This document shows, one piece after another, positions 61,761 to 64,000 of a DNA stretch of 64,000 nucleotides. The position numbers and the translations under genes are program-made. Each line of letters begins with the position of its first letter. Within the stretch, counting starts at the first letter, position 1. Location of the stretch: the NCBI GenBank assembly GCA_976226885.1, contig OZ320317.1, positions 2,170,001 to 2,234,000 of the forward strand, read 5' to 3'. A model generated the notes under the pieces. It was not told the origin of the DNA. It was given only the letters and a program-made list of their open reading frames with translations, and searched no databases. This DNA comes from Iphione sp. A-MEVVRFRX5. Lineage: Eukaryota.

Positions 61761-64000
61761 TGATGCCCCCCTACAGAAACATGCATACACACACACACAT
61801 AAACATACACAGAGTAATGACTTGGAAGCTAAAATGCAGGCCAATTTGAACTGTGTGTTGGTATATTAATGACATATTTAAGTGCTCTGCATGTGCTGAG
61901 AAAACCTTTGCCCTATTTCGAAAAAATAGCGCATAAAAAGGATGTCTTGTCAACATATTAAAGTATGTCCTTTTTCTTATACAGCGACTTACCTGTTCTA
62001 TATCTGACATAGGAAAAAACCACTGGTGCACGTGGCCTCAGATCACCAGCATGACAACTGTAATTACAGCACGACACACACTCATAAGGGCATGGTGACT
62101 GTATACAACTGTCTTTAATAATAGGGGGGTGGAACGGGGCTGAAACTTCTCCCCACCTTTAATAATGCCAATGTTACTAGGACGGGCACCAATCTGACCC
62201 TCCATATCTAGATTCACAGTGGCACATCAAGAAGGATCACCTGAGGTAGAACGGGTGTTGGTGCATTTATCAACTGGAATGAAAATCCAATTTATCGGAG
62301 ATCTAGCAGCATGGGTCAATGCTGTAGATGATTATTAGACTGGGTAATTTTCTGACTGCTAACTGTTTAAAGTAGTTGGCAATCGAATAAACTCGCTCTA
62401 GTTCCCCTCTTCTATGAAAAGGGAGTGCTGGGGAGGAGGGGAGGTGGCCCTGTAGAGAAGGGGAGAGACCTGCACCTCAGTCCTGGTCTACTCTATTGTG
62501 ACTTGCCGGAGTCTGTCACCATGCATTTCTTTACTATACGGAACCTCCTGGACTTAGCAGACTGTTGTTATTGTATGTGTGGGACACAGGGCGGCCAAAC
62601 TGGCAAAAACTTGTGAATTTGACAAGACAAAATAGGCAAACTAGTAGACTTGGCAATAGAAGCTGCAAAACTGGCAAAAATATAACAAATGACAAGTGTG
62701 ATGAGAAGACATATTCATATAACATATGGGATCCGTCATTATGTAAAGATGCATAACCTCGTACCACAGCTTTGGTGTGTAGGTGTAGATATGTGAGCAG
62801 AAATGAAGTTGTCAGTATGTATATGTAGACGTGTGTGCGGATATGTATAGGCTGTTTGTGGAGGTGTGTGTGTGTGTGTATTGGTGTGCCTGTTTCAGGG
62901 TGCAAAGGCGGAAACATCTTGGTATTGTAGAGTGGGGAGGGACAATAGAGGGAACATTATAGCATATTCTATACGTTATAACTTTTTGCATGATGTTTAA
63001 CATGATCAAACCTATAGGGAAAGCAAAGTCTGATGCTGAGGGAGTGGTATGAGGATAAACATCAAGAAAAATGCACATTACTTCCAGAACATGCCTAAGA
63101 AATCATACTAGATATAGTTAACTATTGAGAAATTCAGTAGGTGATGAGCAGATTTCTGAAATGCTGTCAACCATTTTGTTGACAGTAGTATAAGCACCAC
63201 TCTTTGTGCCTGATTCTGCAGTTGATATTATCCAGAGATAATAACTTATTAGGCCTTAAAAAAAGTTGTGTGTTTCTCGTTACAAGCTCAAAACAAATAG
63301 AGGGTCGACAGGTTGGTGGTGATTTTTTTCTTTCTTTCTTTTAATGCTAATTTATTATCAAAGCAAGAGATGAAGGTGGTGACCCAAATGCTGCTGCTTA
63401 GGTTTTTATGGACCTTATGTGAGATGAATGCTTCTAATATAAGTAACGCACACTGCATTTTATGTCTCTATCGTTATGTGTTCTAAACATATACACACAC
63501 AAAAAAAAACTTGACCAACGGTTACACTGTAGGCTGTGTACCAGAAACACAGGTTTGTTTTTTACAAAACCTGAGAAGTGATAAGGCACTTAAGTATGAA
63601 GGGAGATGGCGTCATCAGGATATGGCTAAAACTAGCATTAATCCCTCGATGTAAACAACCGTTAGTTAGCAACAGAAAGATGGCCTACTCCTCCACTGTA
63701 AACAGTCCCTGTTTTTGACCTGCTGAAAAATTAATTGCTCAAGCATGCATCATGAATTCATCTGACTACTGAGATATGCCATCACCGCTACTGAAGGCAT
63801 GGACATGGCAAAGTGTCCCCACCTCTATGAGGTGCTATGGAGATGTGGCTAGCACTGACTGCCTATATGCAAACGTTTGGGAGTCTGGCTCTGGAGGATC
63901 CTCCTTGGGTTGGCTGTTTATTCTCTGTCCATGATAACGTGGTTTTGATGGTTGTTACCTGGGATATAATAATTGGTGTACAATAGGTAGCATAAATATG

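Overview
This is AT-rich animal (probably invertebrate) genomic DNA with spliceosomal introns, not prokaryotic sequence. Host genes: one first coding exon of a clan-2-like cytochrome P450 (+, 7325-7516) and two paralogous secreted Reeler-domain genes on the minus strand. The distal Reeler copy splices in frame across four coding exons (60743 to 57421). The proximal copy shows only a 5'UTR exon and its first coding exon (11676-11472). Between them is a dense transposon island. It includes a TTAA-flanked, intron-containing piggyBac (18466-27948) interrupted at a codon boundary by a near-intact 6.6-kb LINE (20011-26648), a second decayed LINE (about 36871-40600, minus), a Penelope-like element with RT and GIY-YIG, and many older RT, integrase and recombinase remnants. 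The most striking observation is that both LINEs, although highly diverged, carry an ORF1 of coiled coil + RRM-like domain fused to a C-terminal NADAR/YbiA N-glycosidase domain. The younger LINE also has an extra SGNH-esterase-like ORF between ORF1 and ORF2. All domain calls are by motif recognition only; no searches were run.
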